From assembly GCF_009914755.1 (NCBI RefSeq), contig NC_060926.1: a stretch of 64,000 nt of DNA. One strand, written 5' to 3'. Source of the stretch: the human T2T-CHM13v2.0 reference genome, Homo sapiens. A model generated the notes under the pieces. The model had not been told where the DNA came from and ran no database searches. It worked only from the letters and a program-made list of their open reading frames with translations. Shown piece by piece: positions 39,401 through 53,108 of this stretch (the first letter of the stretch is position 1; each line of letters starts with the position of its first letter). A program made the translations under genes and the position numbers.

Positions 39401-40380
39401 TGTTTGCTCAAGGCCCTGAGACTGCAGTCATCAGGTGGCAGCCAGCCAGGCTTGTGTCCTTCCCTTCAGGGCAGTGGTTTCCCCTTGGTCCCAGGTGGAT
39501 CCAGAGAACCAGTCAGGAGCCAGGGCCTGGAGTCAGAAACCTTAGAAATCTACCTGGGGCTCTATTCTATGGCAGCTGCACTGGTACTGAAGCCACAAGA
39601 CAAAGTCCTTTCCTCTCTTCCTTCTCTTTCCAAAGGTAAAGTCGTCTCTCCCTGAGGCCACCACTGCCTGAGGCCTGTACTACCTGGCTACTGCTGGTGT
39701 TCATTCAAGACCCAAGGGCTCTTCAGTCAGCTTATGGTAAATGCTACCAGGCCTGGGACTCTCCCTTTAGGGCAGAGGGCTCCCCTCTGGTATGGAGCCG
39801 GTCCAGAAATGCCATCCAAGTGCCAAGGCCTGGAATCAGGGAACCCTAGAATCTACTTGGTGCTCTACCACACTGTGGCAGAGCTTGTATCTAAGGTGCA
39901 AGACAAAGTCCCCTTTGCTATTCCCTCTCCTTGTCTCAAGCAGAAGGAGTCTCTTGCTGTAGCCATCACAGCTGGGAATGTGCTGGGTCACACCTGAAGC
40001 CAGCATGTCTCTGAGTCTCACTCAAGGGCCACAGTGAGAACGGCCTGGGTACTGCTGCTGATTATTCAGATCCCAAGGGCTCTTTAGTCAGCAGGTGATG
40101 AATCCTTCCAGGACTGGGTTTTTCCCTTCAAGGCAGGTGGTTTCCCTTCTGGCTCAGGGTGTGCCTGGAAATGTTGTTTAGAAGCTATGCCCTGGAGTGG
40201 GGGTCTCAGGAGTCTGCCTAGTGCCCTATTCTACTGTGGTTGAGCTGGTATCCCAGTTGCAAGACAATGTCCTCTCTACTCTTCCCCTCCTCTCCTCAAG
40301 CAGTAGGGAGGAACCTCCCGGAGCTGCACTGCCTGGGGTTGGTGGGGTGGTGGTGCAAGTACTCCCTTGCTGCCTGGCTG
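36451..40380 (-). mobile_element. L1MA2/3-like LINE-1 with both ends intact and most of ORF2 deleted
   Basis: 15-bp TSD CATGGACC(A/G)TTTCTT at 36436-36450 / 40381-40395; 3'UTR 36451-36725 joined directly to endonuclease-coding sequence, then ORF1 remnants and GC-rich 5'UTR. Confidence 0.88.
37455..37590. repeat. (CCTT/CCCT)n polypyrimidine microsatellite inside L1
   Basis: Directly visible; homopurine-homopyrimidine run. Confidence 0.92.
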
Positions 40381-40672
40381 CATGGACCGTTTCTTGTCCT
40401 TCAACTTCAATTCAGAAGCTGTATTTTAGATAATAACTTTTCTTTCAAAATTATCAGTTAATGTTTTACATAGAAAAGGCTGTTTTCTTTTAAGGAGCTG
40501 TTGGAAATTTAAGGTTTGCTTCAAGTGGTTCTGGAAATTAATTGGTCTTTGTTCTCTACTCATGATTTTAGGGGTTAAAGTTGAGACTCGAGATTAAAAT
40601 ATGGGTTATAAGCATGAGTGTGATCGCTTCTGAATAGCTAGACGTTTTTAAGTTGTATAAAGAATGAGTTTC

Positions 40673-41055
<383 letters not shown>

Positions 41056-42794
41056 TTAGAAACTTTAATGAGTTCAATTCATCCCTTCCTAGTATATTTG
41101 GACAAAATGAAGTTATCTTGCCAGCAATGGCTCCTGAATTCTATGTCCTCTTCTTCAGTGCATCTAGTTTTATGGGTACGACTGGTCAGTGAATTGCTGG
41201 TCACTGCCTAAATGTCCTGGAAATGGTAGGTGGTGATGACACAAAGAACATGCCAAGATATCCTGTGGCTGTAGCAAGAGTTTCAGAGAGAAAACTCAAG
41301 GAGTGAACTGTGTTTGGGTTGTTGAGGTAATTGAGTGAGAGGAAAAGATTTACATTTCTATCATACAAGCCAGAGAAGCCATTTTCCCATGTAGGCCTTT
41401 ATGGTACTTCTAGTTTTAAGTGGGTACTTACATTTTAAAATGAGAAAGGTTGCCATTCTCTTAGCTTACCTTGTAGGGCAGAAAACATACTAGGATTATG
41501 AGAGATGGAATAGAATTTTGAATTTCAAACCCATTAGGAACAGCTTGAATAAAATAGAACTTTCTTATGACTCAGAGTGAAAGACCATGCAAGGGCTAAC
41601 ATTTGACATTTCAGCAGCAAGCTTTTAGAGACATTGTGTTATGTATTTGAATTTCTTCTTCTCTGTGGGGAGTAAGGCCTTAGGACATGCCATTTAATTA
41701 CATGTTTAATGTGTTTTGTTTTATATTACCACAAATTGGCTAAAACCATTATAATGTGCTAAAACTTATCCATCTCTTCAAAATCTAACCATGTTGTTTA
41801 TATTGATAACTTCTTGATATTATGAATCCCACAAGCCAAGAATACTTACATGTTGCAAGAGAAACCTTCCTAATTTGTTCACAAATTTTCTGTTTTTTAA
41901 TTTCCTGAAAAATTTCCTCATTCTCTTTTTATCGATCTGGAATAAAATGAAGAATTAATATGATTGAGACTATCTTCATCTCTTCCTCTCTACCTTTTCA
42001 TTAAAAGGCAATCATTGCAGTGTCCTTTTATATGTAAATTTTATTTTTGCCTCTAACTATCATTTAGCTTTGTAGAAGCTAAAGCTTTAAAATGGCAAAT
42101 AGAGGAAATTTACAGAGATGTATTTTCAGTTTCTATAGAACCTTCTTAAAATTAGATGACCAACCTCTACTCAATGCTGAGATTATTCATTATGCTGTCA
42201 ATGTATAATTATCTGTCGGTCTACTATTTGTAATTTCTCTGTGCTGAGATATCCCGTTTGCTATTGAATGCTACTTGAAAGAAAATTATTGATCTATACC
42301 ACACATAAGAGTTTTGAAATCTTCCCATCGGAGTATATTGCACCTTTAGCATAAAAAAGGCTCTGATTTATTTTATTTTATTTTTTTGCAAATAGCTGCT
42401 TTATAGTTCTTTAAGTTCAATTCAATATTACTCTTTGTTAAACTTTAAAAAAGTCTTCATTACTTTCCTTTGTTAAACCATTTCTGCATTCTTCAGATAA
42501 TCCAGGATGGTTTCAGTAATTAAAATAATTTAGCTTCATCACTGTTCAACATAATCACTGTTAAGCATGTTAATTCAGATACTGATCCTTAACATTTTTG
42601 ACTGTTATGATGGAGGCCTGGCCACAGACGTACTTGTGCATGTTTTTAAAAAACCTAACCTGTTAATAATCTACTCCAGGTTCTACCAGTAACCCAGGGG
42701 ATATTTGTTTTCTTTTGTGGCTTCTTCCAAGGAATCATATCAAATTCCTTTGGAAAACTTGTATTATTTGCATCCATCGTCTACCCTTCTATTT

Positions 42795-42860
42795 TATACC
42801 CCCTAAATATTTATATCTACTATGTACCTACAAAAATTAAAAATGAAAAAAATTAAAATT
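42795..42860 (+). mobile_element. L1MA extreme 3' terminal fragment
   Basis: TACCCCCTAAATATTTATATCTACTATGTACCTACAAAAATTAAAAAT. Confidence 0.6.
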
Positions 42861-45249
42861 TAATTTTAAACATCTTGTAGTTGAGAAGCAAGTCGTCCAA
42901 TATCAGATTATACTTATATATACATTATAGTTATGGCAATGCCTTTAATTTCAATGCTTTTTTTTTTAGAAATTCTGAACTATCCATGAAAGATTTTGTT
43001 TTTTATAATTTTCCATTAAGAGTGGGATGTTAAATATGTTCTCTACTTTTTATTTTAAAAAGGACATCACTACATGTCGTGATAGTTTATGTTTCATGTG
43101 CATTTATGTTCTTCACCTTTATGTTATTCAGAATTTATTTTTGGTCCACATATGTGATGTTAAAATCTTAAGATTTTTAAAGTTTACAATATGTAGAATG
43201 TAGGTGTGTTACTGAATCACTGTTGTACTGCATTTGACAGCTTATGTATTTCTAATAAAATTAAAGACTTGGGAAGGAAGCATAGAGGATCAAGAAGAGA
43301 CTAGGCTTTGGAATAAGATAAATTTGGGATTGAATCCTGGCTTATTTTCTTTTTCTGAGCTCTGGGAAAAATCACAAACTCTAAATTGCTGGATTGTTCT
43401 AAGAATTAACAGAGATAACATGGAGAGATCCCTAATATATAGCAGTACTTAAGTGTTTCCCCTACCTCCTTCAAGGTCAACTAAGTGAAAGAAAAGGTAA
43501 ATATCAGAAAGAGGCATCTTGGAGCAGTGCCCCGGGATGTGATGTTATCAGCAGGAGTTACCAAACTGTGTAGCAGAATGGACCACTTGGTGGTGTTTGG
43601 GACCTGGCATGGTGGGAGAGGAGAGGAGAACCAGAGAGCAGGGCTTCAGACCACCCCTTCCCTGGTCTCCAGTGGTATAGTGTGCTGTCTCTCATTTTTC
43701 TTTAAATGTGTTAAATAAATTGTGGTTTATTCTGATAATTCTTTGAAAGAAAAATGGCTTTATCATTTAAAGGGAAGATAGTCAAGTGGCCAAATATAAA
43801 TATACTCTGGATCACTAAATGTAACCGGTTTTAAAACTTTGTGTAGGATGTATTAATACTTAAAAAAATGATGAGTTTTTCCCTCTTGAGTTTTTCCCTC
43901 TGGAATGACCTTCAAAAGAGACTCAAATCTCTGCTGTAGGTGAGGGACTGACCAAGTGGGTGGGCACAGTGGCAAAATATTGGTAGACAAAGTGAACAGA
44001 GGAAGAGTGGGGGTTAAATTAGATTTTACTAGGCAGCTGCCCTCTCCTTCCTACTTAATGTGCTCAAGAGGAATGAAGCCAACATACCACTTAAAAGGGT
44101 TAGTCGGGGGAAAATGACTCTTGAGGACCAGTAGCAAACCAGTTAGAAACCAGTGGTTTCTAACACCTGAAAACATTCCTAGAAATGAAAAGCAGTTAAG
44201 TCAGTGGAAAGAGAAAGGAGAGTAACACGTCTAAGACTAAGATGTTCTTGGGGTTAATCTAGGAAGTTGAAAATCCGGATTTGGAAGGCAAAGGGAACAG
44301 GACAACAAGGGTAGTTGTAGCCATTACTTTATTTTGGGCTAGAGTAATTTTTGCTAAATAATGGCTTATTAAAGGGTTCCTGATGGTAGTTTGTGATTGA
44401 TGTAGTGCCAACTCTTATTTCTCATCTGGACTGGGTAGCTGGTTAAATAATTTTTCTGTGACTTAAGTAATTATTTAGAAGTCATGGTAACTATTTGTCA
44501 AAAAGTAAAATGAAACCAGCTCTCTCTGTATGAGATTCTGGAGTAGGTGTCTCCTTCAGAATGCAACCCATTTAGACTCAGACTTTTCTTGCTTTGAAAT
44601 ACCATAATAACTCTGTCATCACATAAACAGTGAAAATTGTAGTTAGAATGCTAAAGCCCATTTTCCCCCTTTGTTTTCTCTTTTCATTGGTGTGTGTGTG
44701 TGTATGTATAAATGAATGAATATGGGAAGAGAGAATTCTCCTCCCGTGCCAGTTATATATATGGGCAGTAGACCTTATTATTAACTAGAGAACACATGGT
44801 GTTTGGACTGTTATTGTTAATCATTTCTTTTGCTCAGTGTGGTATCCAAGCTATAATTTTGATGCCTTCCCTTATGTTGGTAATTTAGCAACCATTGTTC
44901 TGTTTGATAACCACAGCTTGACAGATATATTAGCAGCCTAACTAATATTTGTAAAAAGAGTGAGTTCAAAATTTGTTTTTACATTTAGCCTGACTTCCAG
45001 CCATGGAGAAAACTTTCTTTGTAATGTGGTCACCAGGTTATGTTTTTTTCAGGCTTAATTTTATGTTAAACATTTTACATTGGATTATTTCATCTGCGTG
45101 GTTTTGTACACCATTTGAATTGGGATGCTTATGGTGATATCTTGGAGAATGTATGCTATTTGCAGATAATGAAGATTGCTGGGAAATTTTAGCATTTTTG
45201 TGGAGAATTGGGTGTATTAAAAAGTAGAAGCAAAGATGCTGATTTTTAA

Positions 45250-45538
<289 letters not shown>

Positions 45539-45980
45539 CATGAAAGCTTTTATTTAGCAACTGGGAAAGTACCTGTGGAGGACAATGACTAGGGCTGTGA
45601 CAGATGATGTGAATCCATAGGGCCATGCTTCTAGGTCTTGTCTTTGAAAGTTGTAAATTTTAGTACACCTTCATTTACATTTCTATTTGAATGTAAATTA
45701 TATTATGTGATAAAATTCCTCTGGAGGAAAATTCCCAATGCAGCTAATTTCTCTGGAGCCCCCTGCTACTAATGCAGAATAAATTATTCTTTTCAGGGAA
45801 TTTCACTGTGTCACTCTGGGTGGTAATGCAAGGCACACTGGGGGCTCAGCCAAAGCCTTAGTTTCATGGAATTCGGAGTTTGATCAGTGTTTGGTCATAA
45901 AATTGTGTCTCTTTATAGATATTATAAGACTTTCTTGACATGTTACTTCATGGGCTTGTTTCTATAAAGAGTGGTTTTTT

Positions 45981-46426
<446 letters not shown>

Positions 46427-47439
46427 TGATATAATATCTTCTATCTTTGAACTTGTAATATAAGAGAATAATGATAATGAAGGAAATAGTAAGATAATCC
46501 AAAAATATGAACACACGTTAATAATTCTTAATAATTGAATCATAAAAATTTTCAGCTAAAAGGAAATCTAAATATACTTAAATATAATTATCACATATCG
46601 AAGATGAAATTGAATCCCATATAAATGAGTTGTCCAAATTCATGCAAAAAGGAAGTGGAAGAAATTGAACCCAAATACCACATTTATTTCTTGACCATTG
46701 TTTTTGTCATCAGGCTTAGTGAAATGTTAGCAATATCTTTAAAACTCTTCTACCAACTGGGAATATTTTTTTAAGTGGTATCTGGAGTTGCACATTGGGG
46801 GAAATCACTACTATACTTTTCTTTGTATGAAAACAAGTGACTTAGCATTTGCTTAATGCTCTACAAAAAACAAAAGTCTATGAGATACAAAAGAATACAC
46901 GAGACTGAAATGGAGCGTCGAAATGGAAATAATGTTGTACTGGAGCCTAGACTCTGTTGGGCTTACTGTCATCCTTGCATAATTTTAGAATCCTCTGTGA
47001 ACCAAGTGAATTAGTAGTATCTAAAAAGAATTGATGCCCAGTAGTAGATACTAAAGACCCAAAAAGATTAACCAGAATAACGTTTATGTAAAAAGAAGAG
47101 ATGTTTACTTTTTCTGTAGTTCTGTTAGATTACTTGACCAAGGGGTTTCCATAAATATAGTGAATTTGACTTGGGTAAAATGTATTAAAAATAAATAACA
47201 AATAGCTTTCATGAGACCTTAAGGCCCATATAAAGGCATAAGTCTCAGTGATAAAAACATTGAGTGGTTTCATACTATCAATAGTGTCCTTCAGCAGAAT
47301 TGCTTTTTATTGTTTGTAACTCAGCCAAAAGGGAAGTTATTACCAGGAGTTTAGGGATCTTAAGCATCTGCAGGAGGGTTCAGAGGTTATGCAGTAAGGA
47401 ACCATGCAGATCATCAACCTTAAAAAAATAAGGCCATCG

Positions 47440-47935
47440 TCATACACTTTTGTCAAGATATTAAATTTGTACAAATATTTGGGAAAGTAATTTGGCTATA
47501 AAATTGAAAATGCACATAATGTTACAGAAATTACATGGTTAGGTAGGCATCCATTCTGTGGAAATGAAAGACAAAATTTAAAAACAGATGCACACACACA
47601 TACAGATGTTTATTGCAGCATCATTTGTTAATGGTTCAAAAAAAGGCAACATAAATGCCCATTCATATCATGCATATAAATTATTGGTAATATATGCTAC
47701 ATATTTACTATTCATCCTTGTCAAAAAATATTTGTGCATTAATTTTGGAAGATGGCCATCATAAATATAGATAAATATAAAGTTCAATGTTAATAAGTAC
47801 AGATTCTGAAGCTGGATTACTTGGATTTGTGTGAAAGTTTTCCTACTTCTTAGCTCTGTGAACCTAAAAGTGTTCTACTTGTCTTGAATTTGGTGTTCTC
47901 ACTTGTAAAATGAAGATAATCATAGTACCTACCAG
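47440..47935 (+). mobile_element. L1ME remnant followed by MIR
   Basis: GGGAAAGTAATTTGGC...GATGTTTATTGCAGCATCATTTG; then TGTAAAATGAAGATAATCATAGTACCTACC. Confidence 0.6.
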
Positions 47936-48910
47936 TAAGCTTATATAATCAGTTGTTAATACTGATTAACAGGGTTGGCATGGGGTCATTGATGAGTGGA
48001 GCACAGAGTTTCGGAAGGAAGTCTCACTTAGTTTGTATAAATGGTAGGAATATGGGTGATTGACTTTTGAAATCATCATTTTTGTTGCACAGTATTTCAG
48101 TGCATGAATCTGCCATAATTAATACAATATTTCCTTTATTGCTATGCTTAGATTTTTTCGAACTATTTTTCTCATGGAAGAGAAAGGAAGTCATTCCAAA
48201 TAGAAGATTCAGCATAAATAATGTGTAGAGTCAGGGATGATCATGAGCTCTTTCATTGCTGGAGATGATGTATGACAGGATTGTGTGTATAAGCTGTTTA
48301 GATGATTAGATGATGAGTAAAGAAGAGTATTGGTGGACCTCCAATATTGAGCTTAGAAGATGTTCCGAGTAAAATGTCTTTGGAAGGAAGCAGAGAATTG
48401 AAAGATATGATTGGACAAAGGAAATGTGTAATAGTGATCCAGGATGAAGAGAAAGCAGTTGGCAAATAAGTAAGAGGTTAGAAAGAGAAGCAAGTTTCCT
48501 AGGATTTGAAAATTTCATAAAAGAGGTTTAGAATTTTGATTCTCTTCCTTGTGTAATGAATGGGTAGCTGGGCTAAGACCTTAAAAAAACCTAGACCTTA
48601 TATATTTGTTTTAAAGAACAGACTGTTTTTTGTAGGGGAGGAGAATTATCTAGAGAAGCAAAGTTTGGGAAGCAGAAAGTTGAAAGGTAAGAAATTTGTA
48701 ATAACCAAGGTAAAAGATATATTTTGATTCTGTACTTTCAAGCTAAGGGAAATGGTGGTATAGGTGAAGCAAAAGCAATTAAATATTGGCAGGTTTCAAA
48801 GAAAATCTGAAAAAAGAATAAAAAGTTTGGATGAGCCAGAAATGACCCTACAATGTTTGGCTTCTGAGAGACAAATTAATGTCTTGCCTATTCCTGTAAA
48901 TAAGATTACT

Positions 48911-49224
48911 GTTTTTTTTGTTTGTTTGTTTTTTGTTTTGAGGATGGAGTCTCCCTCTGTAGCCTAGGCTGGAGTGCAGCGGCGTGATCTCGGCTCACTG
49001 CAAGCTCCGCCTCTCCCGGGTTCACGCCATTCTCCTGCCTCAGCCTCATGAGTAGCTGGGACTACAGGCGTGCACCACTACGCCTGGCTAATTTTTTGTA
49101 TTTTTCAGTAGAGACTGGGTTTCACTTTGTTAGCCAGGATGGTCTCGATCTCCTGACCCTGTGATCCACCCACCTTGGCCTCCCAAAGTGCTGGGATTAC
49201 AGGCATGAGACACCGCGCCCGGCC
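48911..49224 (-). mobile_element. AluY
   Basis: TGCAAGCTCCGCC, TTCACGCCATTCTCC, TTAGCCAGGATGGTCTCGATC; flanking AAGATTA repeat. Confidence 0.94.
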
Positions 49225-50064
49225 AAGATTAATATAATCTTCTTCCCCTTACGCTGAGTATGCCATAAAATGGGCACAGAACTAATAATTTGATATTAAA
49301 TGAAAGTGACTATTTTAATATTATTACATTGCTCATAAATTATCACTTTATTTTATGATGTTTGTGTTAACACCCTTTTTTCCTCATGTGTCTGTGAACT
49401 TTTCTAGCACCAAGCACATACAAATGCCCAATAATCCCTGAATAAATGAAGGAAAAAATTAACAAGCAAGTGCACAAACGAGACAGCATGTGAGAGACAG
49501 CTGTTTCCAGTTGTGCTAGAGCAGGGAGAGCAAGTTGATGTGCAGGTGATTCCAGATTAAGAAGGAAGCTTAAATAATTCAATACGATAATGCTGTGTGA
49601 GTGCTTAGTGCTTGGGAGCAGCCATTATCATCATCAACGTACTTGGCCTTAAGATCATCAGTGGTGTTCACCTGACTAACAAATTGTATAGAAAACACTA
49701 GTTGCTGGAAACCAGGATACCACTTGTATTTTTAGTTTATATATCATTTTCAGAGACAGAAGCTCATCAAACATCTTCAATAATATGAAAAATTTTCTAT
49801 TGTAAATTTCCAAGGAGTTCTCCATTTCATAAAGGTAGAGCATTAACCAGAAATTTTCATCCAGACACAGAAACCTTCATTTCAGTCTGCAACAGTGTTG
49901 TTCTATGATGTGCTTAATGGCGTTTCCATCCTTGGTACTTGTATCTTAGGGCATATGTGACTGTTTGCCAGGGTCAACAGAAGGTCACAGTTGAGAACAG
50001 GGCATCTGCCCATAGCAACAATTCATTTGCAGATTTAGGTCAACAAAATAGAACATTTCATGTA

Positions 50065-50200
50065 ACGGTGGCTATGTTAACTGGCTTGAAAGTGGTTATT
50101 ATTTCCCAATGTATGCATATATGAAAACAATGTTGTATACTTTAAATATATACAACTTTTGTTAGTCAAATATACTTCATAAAGCTGGAAAAAATGAAAC
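50065..50200 (+). mobile_element. L1MA/MB 3' terminal fragment
   Basis: TGTTGTATACTTTAAATATATACAAC...TCATAAAGCTGGAAAAAA. Confidence 0.7.
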
Positions 50201-51554
50201 TAAAAAAAACAAAAAGTAATATGTGAAATATACTTAAATAATGTTTCAATTATGCAGGTATAAAGTTTAAGAAATATTTAAACAAACTAACATGTTATTA
50301 GCTGTAATGGAAAATTTGCATGAGTTTGTAGGTTAAAATGTCAAAGTGCAAGTACAGTTTTGGATCATAAAAGGCCATTTTAGAAGTGCTCCAAGCTTCT
50401 GAATAGTATTCATTTGGGTTATTCATTTAATTTTCTGCCTGGAAGGGACATGTAGGGTATTTTGATATACATATTTTAGAAACATATGATAATTAAAGCA
50501 AATTTCATAGATTAACATGCAGCCTAAACTGCATGAAAATGCGTAAGTGATGCTAATTCCTGATATATTTTGGGGTAAAATTACTGAAGACTTTTAATCA
50601 CATGTTTTTATATCTTTGGATCTTCCCTACATTGCTTTCAAGAAGTAACTCAACAGAATAAAGTACACAGCTGACCTTAAATTTGCATTTGTTATCATGT
50701 CATATTAAATATTTACAGATCATTTATATGTGTGTCTTGATTCTCATAGTGATTTTATGTGCTCCAAGAAGATATCTCTTTTAGCATAAACATATACTTT
50801 ACTAACAGTTTCATCAAATTTTAAAAGTGCGAAGTATACAGATTTTAAATGCATTTCAAGCAGATTTCTTTTAAAGAAATATGCTCATTAAGAACAATTG
50901 AGAATTGATCTTGTAGCATGCCCACAGTGTGTTTGCCTGTCGATATTGAGTATTGGAAAGGTTATCAGATTGTTAAGCAACAAAGGAAAATAAATTTTGA
51001 AAGTTTCATTGGGAAATAGCTAAAAACATAAGACTGTATAAAAAAATTAAGAGGTATTAGTAAGAAATGTGTGGATTCTTCCTTCTCTTAACATTACTGT
51101 AGATCCTGTTTTATTTCAGCTGTTTGTTCCCTTATCCTTACATTTATCAGGATTCTTCTGTGTTCAACTGGCTAATCTGAATACTAACCATAACAAATAG
51201 ATGTTTGGAAGCATTAAAGTGATGACTTTCAAAGGGGTTATTATCATTTATCATGAAAATGAATTCAGCCCACTGATGGTAATTTAGCCTACAGATAAAA
51301 TGAACGTCATATGTTTATAAAATGAATTTTCAAATGTTTAACTTTCTCAAAATAATATTTCCTAAAGATGCGATATTGCATTTAATATGTTCACAGGAGA
51401 CACTTTACCTCACTAATCCCCAAATTCTATGTTTAACCATTGTAGAAAGGTGGTAGTTTATAGACTGGTTCCCACAAATATTCAATGGACAGAATTTCAC
51501 AAGCTTTTATGGAAATATTCTGTTGTATCCCTCAAATGTATAGATTGTCTGCAT

Positions 51555-51725
51555 TATAGCTTGATGGTGATTCTGGGCTCCAGAATCAGATTCTCTGGGT
51601 TTGAATCCTGGCCCCACCAATTAAGTGCTGTGTGATATTGCTTCAGTTTCCTCAATTGATGACAGTGCTGACCTTATATGACTTTTGAGACGATTGTGAG
51701 ATAATGCGTGCAAAAGTGCTTAGAA
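51555..51725 (+). mobile_element. MIR
   Basis: CTGGGTTTGAATCCTGGCCCCACC...GCTGTGTGA...CAGTTTCCTCA...AAAGTGCTTAGAAC. Confidence 0.7.
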
Positions 51726-51738
51726 CCACAGTTCTCAT

Positions 51739-52249
51739 GGTTCCCAAATGAGCTGTAGTACCGCTAGCACTACAGGAAACTCAGAGGGACACTGCACAAT
51801 ATTTTAAACTTCTGTGAAACACTACATAGACTTCTGTCTCATGGTAGTTTGGTTTCAGTATTAGATTATACTTCATTCCTTTTGATGTCATATCTTTGCA
51901 AAGCTGAGTTTTCATCAGTTGCTATGACAAAAAGCAATACCTTGTAAAAATCATCATGGAAAAAGAAATGAAGCTGTTTGTGTCTAGTTTAAGAAGTTTT
52001 GCAGTGCCCCAATAGACACATATTGGTAATTTGTGATTATTTAAGAATTAACTAAAAATATACATTTTGTTCAATGTATGTGTATTATTTTCTCAAATGG
52101 TTACTAAGTTGTTAAGACAGAAATAATTAAATTGCTTAGACCTGTCTACTTAACGGACAGAACTGTTAGGTGTTTTGTTTGGTCTAAAGGCACCGTGAAA
52201 ACATTACCAAGACACTGAAGGCACTACTGGAAAGTTTGGAAATGTCTGT
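51739..52249. mobile_element. hAT-Charlie element (Charlie4a-like)
   Basis: Terminal inverted motifs GGTTCCCAAA ... TTTGGAAATGTCTG; about 510 bp with Charlie-like interior. Confidence 0.6.
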
Positions 52250-52312
52250 GCTGGCTTAGCTTTTGCGTGTGTGCCCTCAGTAAGGGTCAGTTGTTTCTGT
52301 TGATGGTAGTGA

Positions 52313-52646
52313 TGAGACAGCTAAGTAAAAAGGGCTCCCTAACAGAACCTCCAACTGGCCTGCACGCTGGGAGGAGTGCACAATGGGGCGGAGCCTTGGG
52401 AAGTTCACACCATTTGCAGAGGGGAGGAGCCGGGCCTCTCCTGATCCGGGATGGTACCTGGGATTCAGTCTGTGAGATGAGGGTCTGTTAACAAGAACCT
52501 CTCTTGCTTTGATGAGTTGTTTTTTTTCCTTTTCACCCAATAAATTCCATTTTTCTCACCCTTCAATGTGTCTGCAAGCCTAATCTTTCCTGGTCATGTG
52601 ACAAGGACCCCGTTTTTAGCTGAACTAAAGAGAAAGTCCTACAACA
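52313..52646 (+). mobile_element. Solo ERV1 LTR, MER61 family
   Basis: TGAGACAG...GGCGGAGCCTTGGGAAGTTCACACCATTTGCAG...AATAAA(52539)...GCTGAACTAAAGAGAAAGTCCTACAACA; homologous to 1027-1450. Confidence 0.82.
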
Positions 52647-53094
52647 ATAATAGTTAGGAAGTCAAAGCCATTTTCTTAAGCTTAACTCAAATTCCTCTGA
52701 TCATCATTTTAACCCTTTTCTTCTTGTCTAATGACAGTGAGGGGGAAAGAGAGAAAGAATGGAAGGAGGGAAGAAAATAAGTAAATCTGCTGATGGAAAT
52801 TGGGATGTGTGACTGGAAGGGCAGAAATGAAAGCAATCTCCAATGAAGGGAGTAGAGGAGCTGTTTCCTGTGAAAAACAGGTGAGTGATGTATCATGTAG
52901 GAATTGTTCGAAAACCAGTAAGAAACCTCCTGTGGACCCCAGCCCTCAATCCAGCCTGAAGAGTAGGAAACATGTCCTGGTGGTGAAGAGGTTAGGAGCA
53001 GCTGTACAGAGAGAGGGAAAGAAAAGAAATAAAGGGAGGTTTGAGGGCAGACAGTGGGGCAGGGAATGAATTTCCAGCAGGACTGTGGAGTGGC

Positions 53095-53108
53095 CCACGC
53101 GGTGGTGC
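53095..53108 (+). promoter_or_regulatory. Candidate CTCF motif in a locally GC/CpG-rich patch
   Basis: CCACGCGGTGGTGC with intact CGCG; motif only. Confidence 0.35.
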
